A DNA stretch of 64,000 nt, from positions 192,001 to 256,000 of the forward strand of contig CAVYGB010000008.1 in the NCBI GenBank assembly GCA_963767925.1, read 5' to 3'. Made by a program: the position numbers and the translations under genes. Positions within the stretch are counted from its first letter, which is position 1; the number at the start of each line of letters is the position of its first letter. Shown here in pieces: positions 15,827 to 26,370 of this stretch. The notes beneath the pieces were generated by a model. It made no database searches. It was not told the DNA's origin and saw nothing but the letters and a program-made list of their open reading frames with translations. This DNA is from an uncultured delta proteobacterium. GTDB taxonomy: Bacteria; Myxococcota_A; Polyangia; Fen-1088.

Positions 15827-16194
15827 TCGCCTGCCTTCTCCTGCCGCTGGCCCGAACCAAACCCGTTCTGATGAAAGTATCGTCAGTTCCGCCTGCAAGT
15901 TGGACCCGCCGGCCGGGTCCGGGCGTTACCGTTCGGTGACGGCGGGTGTAGGTTTGATGAAACATCGAGCGGGCCTCCAGATGTCGCTGACATGCCGAAC
16001 CCTCCGACCGTGTGGCCGAAGGTCTTCCGGAACACACGCAGCGCTGTAGCTTCCCCTCCCCGGGCGACGTCGAAAGGTGCGACGATGGCCGCGGCGGGGA
16101 CGGGCGCGACGCGCCGTGTTCGCGCGCCACAACGCGTAGTAGAGAACGGCCCGGCATTGGTGTATGTCCGGGGAACTGAAACGGAGACCCGCTG

Positions 16195-17997
16195 GTGAAA
16201 CCGACGGATATTCGCGACCCGAATTACTTTCACAAAGTCGTCGATTGCCAGTATGCGTGCCCGGCACATACCAACGTTCCCGAGTACATACGGCTGATCG
16301 CTCAGGGTGAGTACTCGGAGGCGTACCTCCTCAACCGTGAATCCAACGTGTTTCCGGGAGTTCTCGGACGCACCTGCGACCGCCCCTGTGAGCCCGCCTG
16401 CCGCCGCACCCGGGTGGACGGCCAGCCGGTGGCCATCTGCCGCCTCAAGCGGGTGGCCGCCGACCTCAAGGACGACGTCCGCGACCGCCTACCGAAGGCC
16501 CCCGAGAAGAAGAACGGCAAGCGGATCGCCTGCGTTGGAGCGGGACCGGCCGCGCTCACCGTGGCCAACGATCTGGCTCCGCTCGGCTACCAGGTCACCC
16601 TGTTCGAGAAGCTGTCCGCCGCCGGCGGCCTCATGCGCTCGAACATCCCCTCGTTCCGCCTGCCGGCCGCGGTGCTCGACGAGGAGATCGGCATGGTCGT
16701 CGGCATCGGGGGGGTCGAGATCCGTTACAGCAGCCCGGTCGACAGCCTGAAGGGTCTGCTGGCCGAGGGCTACGACGCCATCTTCGTGGGCAGCGGCGCG
16801 CCAAAGGGCAAGGAGCTGGACCTGCCCGGGCGCAAGGAAGCCGGAGCCAACGTGCACATCGGCATCTCCTGGCTCGAGTCGGTGGCCTTCGGGCACATCG
16901 GCAAGATCGGGGAGCGGGTGCTCATCATCGGGGTGGGCAACACCGCGATGGACTGCTGCCGGACCTCGCGCCGGCTGGGCGGCAAGGACATCAAGGTGAT
17001 GGCCCGCCGCCCCCGCGGCTACTTCAAGGCCTCCCCCTGGGAGCTGGAGGACGCCGAGGAGGAGCAGATCGAGATCATCATCAACCACGCGCCCAAGTCC
17101 TTCGTCGTGGAGGAGGGGAAGCTGCGGGGCATGATGTTCGACCGCCTCGAGTGGACCCCCGACGAGAAGGGCCAGCTCACCAGGTCCAAGGTTGTCGAGA
17201 CCGTCTTCATCCCCGCCGACGACGTCATCCTGGCCATCGGGCAGGAGGCGGCTTTCCCCTGGATCGAGCGGGACATCGGCATCGAGTTCGACCCCCGCAC
17301 CGGTATGCCGGTGGTGGACAAGAAGACCCATCAGGCCAGCCGGCCGGGGATCTTCTTCGGAGGCGACGCCGCCTGGGGCCCCGAGAACATCATCTGGGCG
17401 GTGGCCCACGGCCACCAGGCTGCCATCTCCATCGACCGGCACTGCCAGGCGATCCCCCTCGAGGACCGGCCCAAGCCGGGCATGACCCTGGCGAGCCAGA
17501 AGATGGGGATCCACGAGTGGAGCTACTCGAACGACTACAACGTCGCCAGGCGCCAGAAGATGAAACACGTCGATCTGGCCGAGCGCTTCGCCAAGCTCAC
17601 CGTGGAGGTCGAGAAGGGCTTCGACGCCGAGCAGACCGCCCGGGAGGTCGAGCGCTGTCTCAACTGCGACATCCAGACCGTGTTCGCCGCGCCCAAGTGC
17701 ATCGAATGTGATGCCTGCATCGACATCTGCCCGGTGCACTGCCTGACTATAACGCCCGACGCTGAAGAGCAGCAGCTCCGGCCGCTCCTCACCGTCCCGG
17801 CCCTCAACCCCAAGCAGGATCTCTACGTCTCCGACGGATTGCCGCAGACCAAGCGGGTGATGGTGAAGGACGAGGATCTCTGCGTGCACTGCGGGCTATG
17901 CGCCGAGCGTTGCCCGACGGCGGCGTGGGACATGCAGAAATTCGAGCTCGTCGTACCGTATGCAGGCAAGGCCTCCGAGAGGACGGCCCGGTCCTAG
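16195..17997 (+). CDS. GltD-like FAD/NAD(P)H oxidoreductase with C-terminal 2x[4Fe-4S] (KorC-like subunit)
   Basis: CQYACPAH, CDRPCEPACRR, VGAGPA, IIGVGNTAMDC, CIECDACIDICP, CVHCGLCAERCP. Confidence 0.92.
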   Translation: MKPTDIRDPNYFHKVVDCQYACPAHTNVPEYIRLIAQGEYSEAYLLNRESNVFPGVLGRTCDRPCEPACRRTRVDGQPVAICRLKRVAADLKDDVRDRLPKAPEKKNGKRIACVGAGPAALTVANDLAPLGYQVTLFEKLSAAGGLMRSNIPSFRLPAAVLDEEIGMVVGIGGVEIRYSSPVDSLKGLLAEGYDAIFVGSGAPKGKELDLPGRKEAGANVHIGISWLESVAFGHIGKIGERVLIIGVGNTAMDCCRTSRRLGGKDIKVMARRPRGYFKASPWELEDAEEEQIEIIINHAPKSFVVEEGKLRGMMFDRLEWTPDEKGQLTRSKVVETVFIPADDVILAIGQEAAFPWIERDIGIEFDPRTGMPVVDKKTHQASRPGIFFGGDAAWGPENIIWAVAHGHQAAISIDRHCQAIPLEDRPKPGMTLASQKMGIHEWSYSNDYNVARRQKMKHVDLAERFAKLTVEVEKGFDAEQTAREVERCLNCDIQTVFAAPKCIECDACIDICPVHCLTITPDAEEQQLRPLLTVPALNPKQDLYVSDGLPQTKRVMVKDEDLCVHCGLCAERCPTAAWDMQKFELVVPYAGKASERTARS

Positions 17998-18028
17998 CGA
18001 TCCCCTGCGACCTTTGCGGAAACAGCGC

Positions 18029-19864
18029 ATGCACCAGGAACAACTCGTCCGGACGAACGACTTCGCGGTCAAGCTCGCCAACGTGAACGGGACCGGGTCG
18101 GCCAGCGCCAACGGCCTGCTCATGCAGGCCATCTTCCGCATGGGGATCCCGGTCTCGGGCAAGAACCTGTTCCCCTCCAACATCCAGGGGCTCCCCACCT
18201 GGTACGAGATCCGGGTCAACAAGGACGGCCACACCGCCCGGGCCCTGGACTACGACCTCATGGTGGCGATGAACGCGGAGACCTACATCCGCGACGTGGC
18301 CGAGGTCAAATCGGGCGGCTTTCTCCTCTACGACTCGAGCTGGCCGCTGCCCCGGGCGCTGCTCCGCTCCGACGTGGAGTTCCTGGGCGTGCCCCTGGCC
18401 CACCTGTGCAACGAGGCCTTCGGCGAGCCGCGCGAGCGGATCCTCATGAAGAACATCGCCTACGCCGGCGTGCTGGTGGCGCTGCTCGACATCGACATGG
18501 CGGTCATCGAGGGCCTCCTCGAGGAGAAGTACGGCCGCAAGAAGGCCCTCATGGACTCGAACCACAAGGCCATCCGCCTGGGCTACGACTTCGCCATCGA
18601 CAACCTCCCCTCGCCCCTGCCGATCCGGCTGCAGAAGATGAACGCCTCGGTGGACAAGATCCTGATCGACGGCAACACCGCCACCGCCCTTGGCTGCCTG
18701 TACGCGGGGGCCACGGTGGCCGCCTGGTACCCCATCACCCCCGCCACCTCCGTGATGGACGCCTTCAAGGGGCTCTGCGACAAGTTCCGCAAGGACCCCG
18801 AGACCGGCAAGAAGAACTACTGCATCCTCCAGGCCGAAGACGAGCTGGCCGCCATCGGCATGGTGATCGGGGCCGGCTGGAACGGAGCTCGCTCCTTCAC
18901 CTCGACGGCGGGCCCCGGCATCTCGCTCATGAACGAGCTCATCGGGCTGGCCTACTACGCCGAGGTGCCGGCGGTGATCATCGACGTGCAGCGCACGGGC
19001 CCCTCGACCGGGATGCCCACCCGCACCCAGCAGGCCGACATCCTGAGCTGCGCCTACGCCTCCCACGGCGACACGAAACACGTGTTGCTCTTCCCATCCA
19101 ACCCCAACGAGTGCTTCCACTTCGCGGTCAAGGCCTTCGATCTGGCCGAGCGTTTCCAGACCCCCGTGTTCATGTTGACCGATCTCGACATCGGCATGAA
19201 CGACTGGGTCGTCCCCAAGCTCGAGTGGGACGACAGCTACCGGCCCGATCGGGGGGTGGTGCTCACCGCCGAGGATCTGGAGAAGATGGAGCGCTTCTTC
19301 CGCTACTCGCCGGCCGACGAGAACCACGTCGCCGCCCGCACCTTGCCCGGCGTCCATCAGAAGGGGGCCTACTTCATCCGCGGCTCGGGGCACAACCGCT
19401 TCGGCGCCTACACCGAGGTGCCCGACGAATACCAGGACGTGGTCGACCGCCTGTCGCGCAAGCACAAGGCCGCGGCCCGCTGGGCCCCTCCGCCCATCAT
19501 CGAGACCCAGCCGGGGGCCACCTTCGGCCTGGTGACGCTGGGGGGCTGCGACGCCGCGGTCCGCGAGGCCATGGTCGAGCTGGACCGGCGGGGGCTGCGC
19601 GCCGACTACATGCGCGTGCGGGCCTTCCCCTTCGACGAGTCGGTCGAACGTTTCCTCGAGTCCCACCCCCGCAACTTCATCATCGAGCAGAACCGGGACG
19701 GTCAGCTCCGCACCCTGATGGTGGTGGAGACCCCGGTGGCGAAAGACAAGCTCGAGTCGATCCTCGTCTACGGCGGCTTTCCGCTGAGCGCGAAGCACGT
19801 GGTGGAAGCGGTGACCGCGCGCCTGGGGCAACAGGCGCAAAAGCCGCAGGAGCTGGCCTCATGA
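18029..19864 (+). CDS. korA: 2-oxoacid:acceptor oxidoreductase alpha subunit
   Basis: NVNGTGSASAN, WYPITPATS, QAEDELAA, TSTAGPGISLM, QRTGPSTGMPT. Substrate specificity not established. Confidence 0.9.
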   Translation: MHQEQLVRTNDFAVKLANVNGTGSASANGLLMQAIFRMGIPVSGKNLFPSNIQGLPTWYEIRVNKDGHTARALDYDLMVAMNAETYIRDVAEVKSGGFLLYDSSWPLPRALLRSDVEFLGVPLAHLCNEAFGEPRERILMKNIAYAGVLVALLDIDMAVIEGLLEEKYGRKKALMDSNHKAIRLGYDFAIDNLPSPLPIRLQKMNASVDKILIDGNTATALGCLYAGATVAAWYPITPATSVMDAFKGLCDKFRKDPETGKKNYCILQAEDELAAIGMVIGAGWNGARSFTSTAGPGISLMNELIGLAYYAEVPAVIIDVQRTGPSTGMPTRTQQADILSCAYASHGDTKHVLLFPSNPNECFHFAVKAFDLAERFQTPVFMLTDLDIGMNDWVVPKLEWDDSYRPDRGVVLTAEDLEKMERFFRYSPADENHVAARTLPGVHQKGAYFIRGSGHNRFGAYTEVPDEYQDVVDRLSRKHKAAARWAPPPIIETQPGATFGLVTLGGCDAAVREAMVELDRRGLRADYMRVRAFPFDESVERFLESHPRNFIIEQNRDGQLRTLMVVETPVAKDKLESILVYGGFPLSAKHVVEAVTARLGQQAQKPQELAS

Positions 19865-20910
19865 CCAAGAAACCGCCCATCATCCACCCCAGCCTGCGAG
19901 CCAACAAGCTCGGCCTCACCATCCGGGACTACGAGGGGTCGATGTCGACCCTCTGCGCCGGCTGCGGCCACGACTCGGTCACCGCCGCCATCGTCCGCTC
20001 CTTCTGGGAGCTGGAGATCGCCCCCCACATGGTGGGCAAGCTGTCCGGCATCGGCTGCTCCTCGAAGACCCCCACCTACTTCGTGAGCGGGGCCCACGGC
20101 TTCAACTCGGCCCACGGGCGGATGCCCGCCATCGCCGCCGGGGCGTCCGCCGCCAACCGGCAGCTCACCTACATCGGCATCTCGGGCGACGGCGACTCGC
20201 TGTCGATCGGGCTGGGCCAGCTCTGCCACGCCATCCGGCGCAACGTCGACATGTTGTATCTCATCGAGAACAACGGGGTGTACGGCCTCACCAAGGGACA
20301 GTTCTCCGCCTCCGCCGACGTGGGCAGCAAGAGCAAGAAGGGGGAGGCCAACCAGATGAACCCCATCGATCCGGTGATGACGGCGCTCAACCTCGGCGCC
20401 AGCTTCGTCGCCCGCAGCTTCTCGGGCGACAAGCAGCAGCTCGTTCCCCTGATCAAGGCCGGGCTCACCCACCGGGGCTTCGCCCTCATCGACGTCATCT
20501 CGCCCTGCGTGACCTTCAACGACCACGACGGCTCGACCAAGGCCTACCGCTTCACCCGCGAGCACAAGGTCGAGGTGACCACCACCGACTTCGTGCCGCT
20601 GCGCCGGGAGATCCAGGCCCAGATCGCCGAGGAAGGCCCCACCAGCGTCACCATGCACGACGGCAGCGTGGTGCGCTTCAGCCGGGTGGCGCCCGACTAC
20701 AACCCCCGCGATCGGCAAGCGGCCTACGGTTACCTCCAGGCCAGCCAGGCGCGGGGCGAGGTGCCGACCGGCCTGCTCTACATCGACGAGGGCGCTTCCG
20801 AGATGCACGCCCTCAATGACACGACCGCCGTCCCGCTCTCGCAGGTCCCCTACGAGAAGCTCTGCCCTGGCAGCGCCGCCCTGGAGAAGCTCCAGAAGGC
20901 GTTTCGCTAG
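19861..20910 (+). CDS. korB: 2-oxoacid:ferredoxin oxidoreductase beta subunit (TPP-binding)
   Basis: LCAGCGHD, SGIGCS, GDGD...NNGVYGLTKGQ, SPCVTFN; ATGA overlap with the alpha subunit. Confidence 0.92.
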   Translation: MTKKPPIIHPSLRANKLGLTIRDYEGSMSTLCAGCGHDSVTAAIVRSFWELEIAPHMVGKLSGIGCSSKTPTYFVSGAHGFNSAHGRMPAIAAGASAANRQLTYIGISGDGDSLSIGLGQLCHAIRRNVDMLYLIENNGVYGLTKGQFSASADVGSKSKKGEANQMNPIDPVMTALNLGASFVARSFSGDKQQLVPLIKAGLTHRGFALIDVISPCVTFNDHDGSTKAYRFTREHKVEVTTTDFVPLRREIQAQIAEEGPTSVTMHDGSVVRFSRVAPDYNPRDRQAAYGYLQASQARGEVPTGLLYIDEGASEMHALNDTTAVPLSQVPYEKLCPGSAALEKLQKAFR

Positions 20911-21098
20911 CCGGGCCCGAAGCGCCGGCGAAGAGAAGGGCCGGGCGCGCCGGCGCCGTGCCCCCCGACGGGCACCAGCTAACTTGTGGCAGTGCGCACG
21001 GGGTAATGCGCGGCGTCTGCGGAGCCGTGTGCAGAATGCTCCCCACGGCTCGTTTCTGAGATATCGTCGCCCATCGTGATCGAGCACGGAGGCAGCGC

Positions 21099-22502
21099 AT
21101 GACGAAGCTTGGGTTCCCCGTCCTCCTCGTTTCGGCAGGTCTCTCGCTGGTCGCGGCGCCCGGGCGGGCCGCCGCCCAGACCGCACAGGAGCTCACGGTG
21201 CAAAGTGGTCCCACCCACCGCGATTTTCGCCTCGAGCTGGGCGTCGTGGGCGGCGGTCACTACTTCAACAGCGAGCACACCCTGGGCCGCAGCGACATCG
21301 ACCCGGCCGAGCGATCGCCTTACCACGCGGGCACCTTCGGCGTCGGGCTCGGATTTCACCTGGGCCGCTACATCACCCTCGAGGCCGAAGGCCTGGCCTC
21401 GCGCACCCGGACGCGCGACGCGGCCACCGACCTCTGGATCTTCCAGCTCGGCGGTCACCTGCGCCTGCACCCGCACACCGAGGGGGCCTTCCAGCCCTAC
21501 CTGATGCTCGGCTACGGCGCCATCGGGTCGCTGGTCGACGACGAGGGGATCGAGCCCGACGATCAGGACGGGGTGGGGCGGGCCGGGCTGGGGGCGCGTA
21601 TCCGACTTTCCGAGCGGGTCGGCTTCCGGCTCGAAGGCCGGGTGCAGAGCTCGCTGGCCTTCGCCTCGAAGGTGTTCTCTATCGGCGACGAGACCTCTTA
21701 CGGCGGCCCCGACTTTCTCGGCCTGCTCACCGTCTTCGTCAACCTGGGCGAGCAGCCCTCCCGCCTGACACGGGAGAAGATCTTCATCCAGGACGATGCG
21801 CCCTTCCCCGATCCCGACCGGGATGGCCTGCACACCCGGGGCGACAAGTGTCCCAACGAGGCCGAAGATCCCGACGGATTCCAGGACGACGACGGCTGTC
21901 CGGATCTGGACAACGACGCCGACGGCATCGCCGACGCCAAGGACCGCTGCCCCCTGCGTCCCGAAACGCGCAACCAGATCGACGACCTGGACGGCTGCCC
22001 CGAGACCGACGACGACGGCGATGGCCTGATCGGGTCGCTCGACCAGTGCCCGGCCGCGGCCGAGACGAAAAATGGCTTCAAGGACGGGGACGGCTGCGCC
22101 GACGACCTGCCCGACCCGGTCAAGAGCGTGGTGGGGGTGATCGACGGCATCAAGTTCCGGGGCCTCACCGCCCAGCTCCTCGGCACCTCGCTGGGGACCC
22201 TCGACCGCATCGCCGACGTGCTGAAGGAGTTCCCCGACATCAAGGTCGAGATCGCCGGCCACACCGACGGGCGGGGTCGCGAGGATGTCAACCGGGAGCT
22301 GTCGCAGCAGCGCGCCGAGGCGGTGCGGGAGTACCTGGTCAGCCGGGGCACCGCCCGCGAGCGGGTGAGCGCGATCGGCCATGGTATGGATCGCCCCATC
22401 GCCACCAACCGCACCCAGGCCGGCCGGGCCAGCAACCGCCGGGTCGAGCTGAAGATAGCGGTGGGGCAGGCCGGGTCGCCGCCGACCAGCGCCCTGCCCT
22501 GA
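21099..22502 (+). CDS. OmpA-family outer membrane protein (beta-barrel, TSP type-3-like Ca-binding repeats, peptidoglycan-binding domain)
   Basis: Signal peptide; DKCPNEAEDPDGFQDDDGCPD-type repeats; GHTD..N..LSQQRA..NRRVE. Confidence 0.92.
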   Translation: MTKLGFPVLLVSAGLSLVAAPGRAAAQTAQELTVQSGPTHRDFRLELGVVGGGHYFNSEHTLGRSDIDPAERSPYHAGTFGVGLGFHLGRYITLEAEGLASRTRTRDAATDLWIFQLGGHLRLHPHTEGAFQPYLMLGYGAIGSLVDDEGIEPDDQDGVGRAGLGARIRLSERVGFRLEGRVQSSLAFASKVFSIGDETSYGGPDFLGLLTVFVNLGEQPSRLTREKIFIQDDAPFPDPDRDGLHTRGDKCPNEAEDPDGFQDDDGCPDLDNDADGIADAKDRCPLRPETRNQIDDLDGCPETDDDGDGLIGSLDQCPAAAETKNGFKDGDGCADDLPDPVKSVVGVIDGIKFRGLTAQLLGTSLGTLDRIADVLKEFPDIKVEIAGHTDGRGREDVNRELSQQRAEAVREYLVSRGTARERVSAIGHGMDRPIATNRTQAGRASNRRVELKIAVGQAGSPPTSALP

Positions 22503-22592
22503 GCGGTCCCGCGCCTCCGGCGGGAGACCACAAAGGCGAGCGGACGGCCGCCCGACCGGGGTGGGTCAGGGGCGCTCCCGCCGGGCGGGTGC

Positions 22593-24041
22593 TCAGGGCG
22601 TGTGGGCCCGGGGCTCGGCGCCCCAGGTGGCGTCGTCGGGGGCAGAGGCGGGGCGGGCGGTCAGGGGCAGGCGCAGGTGGAAGGTGGTGCCCTTGCCCAT
22701 CTCGGTCTCGAAGGTGATGGTGCCGCCGTGTTTTTCCACGACCACCGAGCGGGCCAGGGCCAGCCCCTGGCCGGTCCCCTTGCCCACCCCCTTGGTGGTG
22801 AAGAAGGGATCGAAGATGCGATCCCGGATCTCCTCGGGGATGCCGGTGCCGGTGTCGGCGATGGAGACCACCACCTGATCCCCCTCCATGCGGGTCGCCA
22901 CCCGGATGCACCCCCGCCCCGCGGTGGCGCCCACCACGTCGGCGATGGCGTGGGCGGCGTTGACCAGCAGGTTGAGGAACACCTGGTTGAGGTCACTCAG
23001 ATAACAGGGCACCGGGGGCAGGGGGGCCAGGTCGGTCTGGACCTCGGCCACGTATTTGAGCTCGTTCGTCGCCACCGTGAGCGTGCTCCGCATGGCGGCG
23101 TTGAGGTCGGCGGGGCTCTTCTCCCCCCGGTCGGGGTGGGCAAAGCTCTTCATCGCCTGCACGATGTGGGCGACCCGGCGGGCGCCGTCGAGGGTGGCGG
23201 CGATCGAGCGGGGCACGTTCTCCCGCAGATAGGCCAGATCGGCCGCCTCTTCGGCCTCGGCCAGGCGGACGCGGTCCTCCGGCCCCAGCAGCCGGGAGGC
23301 CGCCTCGTCGCACAGGCTTCGGTAGAAGTTGCACAGGGTCAGCAAATCGCTGAAGGCCGAGCTGAGGAAGCTCACGTTGTCCCCCACGAACTGGATGGGG
23401 GTGTTGATCTCGTGGGCGATGCCCGCCGCGAGCCGCCCCACCGACTCGAGCTTCTGCGAGTGGCGCAGCTCGACCTCGAGGCGGTTCCGCTCGGTCACGT
23501 CCTCGACGACGATGAGGATCTGCTGGACGATGCCCCGCTCGTCGTGGACGCCGGCGGCGACGAACTTCGTGAAGACGGTGGCCCCGCCCTGATCGACCAG
23601 GCGCCGCTCGCAGCTCAGCAGGCTGCGACGGCCGCTGCTCACCTCGGCGAACATCTGCCGGGTGGGGGCCTCCTCCTGGGGATGGACGAACCCCGGCAGG
23701 GGGCGTCCCGTCATGTCGGCCGGCTCCAGCCCGACGATCTTCGACAGGGCGCTGTTGGTCATGACGATGGTCCCATCGAGCTCGAGGCGGGCCAGGCCGA
23801 CCGGCGCCGCCTTGAAGATCTGGGCGAGCTGATCGCGCTCGACGACGAGGTTGGCGTTGAGCTGCCGCATCTCCCGGGAGGAGAAGGCGAACGAACGCTT
23901 CATGAGGAAGCGAAGCTGTTCGGCCTCGGCATAGCTCCGGCTGATGTCGGTCAGGAGCTGTCGCCACACCTCTTCCGTGGGAGGACGGCCGGCGTCCAGA
24001 CCGAGCGTGTGCAGGAGGTTGACGAGTTCGCTGTGAAACAT
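22593..24041 (-). CDS. PAS-domain sensor histidine kinase
   Basis: PAS ending [46 protein letters not shown]. Confidence 0.93.
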   Translation of the reverse strand: MFHSELVNLLHTLGLDAGRPPTEEVWRQLLTDISRSYAEAEQLRFLMKRSFAFSSREMRQLNANLVVERDQLAQIFKAAPVGLARLELDGTIVMTNSALSKIVGLEPADMTGRPLPGFVHPQEEAPTRQMFAEVSSGRRSLLSCERRLVDQGGATVFTKFVAAGVHDERGIVQQILIVVEDVTERNRLEVELRHSQKLESVGRLAAGIAHEINTPIQFVGDNVSFLSSAFSDLLTLCNFYRSLCDEAASRLLGPEDRVRLAEAEEAADLAYLRENVPRSIAATLDGARRVAHIVQAMKSFAHPDRGEKSPADLNAAMRSTLTVATNELKYVAEVQTDLAPLPPVPCYLSDLNQVFLNLLVNAAHAIADVVGATAGRGCIRVATRMEGDQVVVSIADTGTGIPEEIRDRIFDPFFTTKGVGKGTGQGLALARSVVVEKHGGTITFETEMGKGTTFHLRLPLTARPASAPDDATWGAEPRAHTP

Positions 24042-24186
24042 GGGGCCGGAACGCCGCCGGGCTGACCAACCTGAGAGAGACTCGGCAGCAACCGGCGGAA
24101 GCTCAAGCTCGCCCCGCCCGAGATCGTCAGGATGGGTGCGCGGGTAGGCAGGTGTGGGGGCCGGCTGTGGCCCGACGGTGACGGCC

Positions 24187-24435
24187 TCAGGGGGTCTGAG
24201 TCGCCAGCACGTGCGAATCGGCGTAGGTGATCGAGAAGCCGTTGTCGGCCTTTGCCTCGCCGAACTCCAGGCGCAGGCGCTTCTTGGCCGGGCGGGGCAG
24301 GGCGGTAATCTCGGCCTTGGGGACCGTCCAGAACGTGGGCCGCCGGCGCAGCGCTCGGCCCATGGTGCTCTTGCGATACACGGCCAACACCAGGATCGAT
24401 CGCGAGATCACCTTCTCCGCGGTTCGTTTCTTCAT
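24187..24435 (-). CDS. Small basic hypothetical protein (82 aa)
   Basis: ATG at 24435 with GC3-biased codons; no family recognised. Confidence 0.45.
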   Translation of the reverse strand: MKKRTAEKVISRSILVLAVYRKSTMGRALRRRPTFWTVPKAEITALPRPAKKRLRLEFGEAKADNGFSITYADSHVLATQTP

Positions 24436-24698
24436 GGATGGCTCAATGGTTCTTTTAGCACCGACCTGCCCGCGACGAAAATACGTCTGCGCGCCACGTC
24501 GAGCCGCTCTGGACCGACCCACCTCGACAACGCCCGGCGCCCCCGGGCCGTGGCCGCCCGGAGGGAGCCGAGAAGACCAGCCGGGAGACCGATGCCGCGA
24601 CCGTAGCGGTCGACGCTGTGTGTAGCGAACGTTTTCATCCGGTTTCCTCCCCAGTTGGCGCTTGCGACCGTCGGAGATTTCGACGAAAAGCAGGTCTC

Positions 24699-26324
24699 AT
24701 GAGCCGCTCCATCGCCTCTGCCGTCGGCCGGTACCGTTGGTGGATCTGTACGCTCCTGTTCCTGGCCACCACGATCAACTACATCGATCGCCAGATCCTC
24801 TCGCTCCTCAAGCCGATGCTCGACGAGGAGCTGAAGTGGACGAACGAGCAGTTCGGCCAGGTAAACTCCGTGTTTCAGGGGGCCTACGCCCTGAGCTTGC
24901 TGGGTTTCGGCTGGCTGGTCGATCGCTTCGGCACCAAGGCGGGGTACGCGATCTCGATCGTGTTCTGGAGCCTGGCGGCCATCGGCCACGCCTTCGTGGG
25001 CAGCGTACGCGGCTTCTTCGTGGCCCGGGCCGCCCTGGGCTTGGGCGAAGGCGGAAACTTCCCCGCCGCCATCAAGGCGGTCGCGATCTGGTTCCCCAAG
25101 CGCGAGCGGGCCTTCGCCACCAGCCTCTTCAACGCCGGGACCAACGTGGGCGCCATCGTGGCTCCGGCGGTGGTCCCCTGGATCGCCGGCGCCTGGGGCT
25201 GGCAGGCGGCCTTCGTCGCCGCCGGCATCGCCGGCTTCCTCTGGCTGCTCCTCTGGATCCCGTTTTACGACGTCCCCGAGAAGATCGCGCGGATGTCCCG
25301 CTCCGAGATGGAGCACATCAACAGCGACCCCCAGGAAGCGCGGGTCGCCGGCGAGCCGGAGCGCAAGGTCAGCTGGATCACCTTGCTTGGCTACCGGCAG
25401 ACCTGGTCGTTCGTGGTCGGCAAGTTCCTCACCGACCCGGTCTGGTGGTTCTTCCTCATCTGGCTGCCCGACTTCTTCAAGAAGACGCGGGGGCTCGACA
25501 TCAAGCAGAGCTGGATCCACCTGGTGACGATCTACGTGATCGTCACGGTGCTGAGCATCGGCGGCGGCTGGCTCACCGGGCACCTCAACCGCACCGGCTA
25601 CAGCATCACCCGGGCCCGCAAGACCGGCATGTTCGCCTTCGCCCTGGCGGTGTTGCCGATCTTCCTGGTGACCAGGGCCAGCGACTGGGAGGCGGTGGTG
25701 CTCATCGGCATCGCCGGCGCGGCCCACCAGGCCTGGTCGGCCAACATCTACACCACCGTCTCGGACATGTTCCCCAAGCGGGCGGTGGCCTCGGTCATCG
25801 GGATCGGCGGCATGGCCGGCTCGATCGGCGGCATGTTGTTCCCCTGGCTGGCCGGGCGGGTGCTCGATCAGTTCCAGGGCACCGAAGGCGGGGCGGCCGC
25901 CGGCTACAGGATCCTGTTTGCGATCTGCGGCAGCGCCTACCTGGTGGCCTTCGCCATCCACCACCTGCTGGCCCCCAGCTTCACCGAGATCCAGCTCCGC
26001 GACAACCCGGGCCGCCTCGGCCGGACCGCCTTCGGTCTGCGCAGCCTGGTCATCGTGGGGGGCGGCGTCCTGCTCGCCACCTGGAGCTACAACGCGGTGG
26101 CCGGGGTCGGCCACATGATCGCGATCCTCATCGCCCTTTTCGCCCTGGTGGCCTTCGCCTACCAGGCGGTCAAGCGGCTGCACGACCTCGATCGGCCGGC
26201 GTCGCAGTTCTTCCTGCTCCTCATCCCGGTCTACCAGCTCTTCCCGCTGTTCCGGCTGCTGGTGACGCCCGGGACCCCCGGCTCGAACCGCTACGGCGCC
26301 GCGACCGAGAACAAGCCCTTCTGA
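24699..26324 (+). CDS. ExuT-like hexuronate MFS transporter fused to a C-terminal DUF805 domain
   Basis: RWWICTLLFLATTINYIDRQ, GEGGNFP, FNAGTNVG, KFLTDPVWWF, AAHQAWSAN; tail AVKRLHDLDR...TPGTPGSNRYG is typical of DUF805. Confidence 0.88.
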   Translation: MSRSIASAVGRYRWWICTLLFLATTINYIDRQILSLLKPMLDEELKWTNEQFGQVNSVFQGAYALSLLGFGWLVDRFGTKAGYAISIVFWSLAAIGHAFVGSVRGFFVARAALGLGEGGNFPAAIKAVAIWFPKRERAFATSLFNAGTNVGAIVAPAVVPWIAGAWGWQAAFVAAGIAGFLWLLLWIPFYDVPEKIARMSRSEMEHINSDPQEARVAGEPERKVSWITLLGYRQTWSFVVGKFLTDPVWWFFLIWLPDFFKKTRGLDIKQSWIHLVTIYVIVTVLSIGGGWLTGHLNRTGYSITRARKTGMFAFALAVLPIFLVTRASDWEAVVLIGIAGAAHQAWSANIYTTVSDMFPKRAVASVIGIGGMAGSIGGMLFPWLAGRVLDQFQGTEGGAAAGYRILFAICGSAYLVAFAIHHLLAPSFTEIQLRDNPGRLGRTAFGLRSLVIVGGGVLLATWSYNAVAGVGHMIAILIALFALVAFAYQAVKRLHDLDRPASQFFLLLIPVYQLFPLFRLLVTPGTPGSNRYGAATENKPF

Positions 26325-26370
26325 GCGCGGCCTTGCCTCGGCGGGGGGCGCCGGCTACGCTCGCGCCACT

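Noticed and set aside
15953..15968. FNR box upstream of the oxidoreductase operon
   Set aside because: TTGAT-N5-ATCGA has the wrong spacing and a mismatch against TTGAT-N4-ATCAA.
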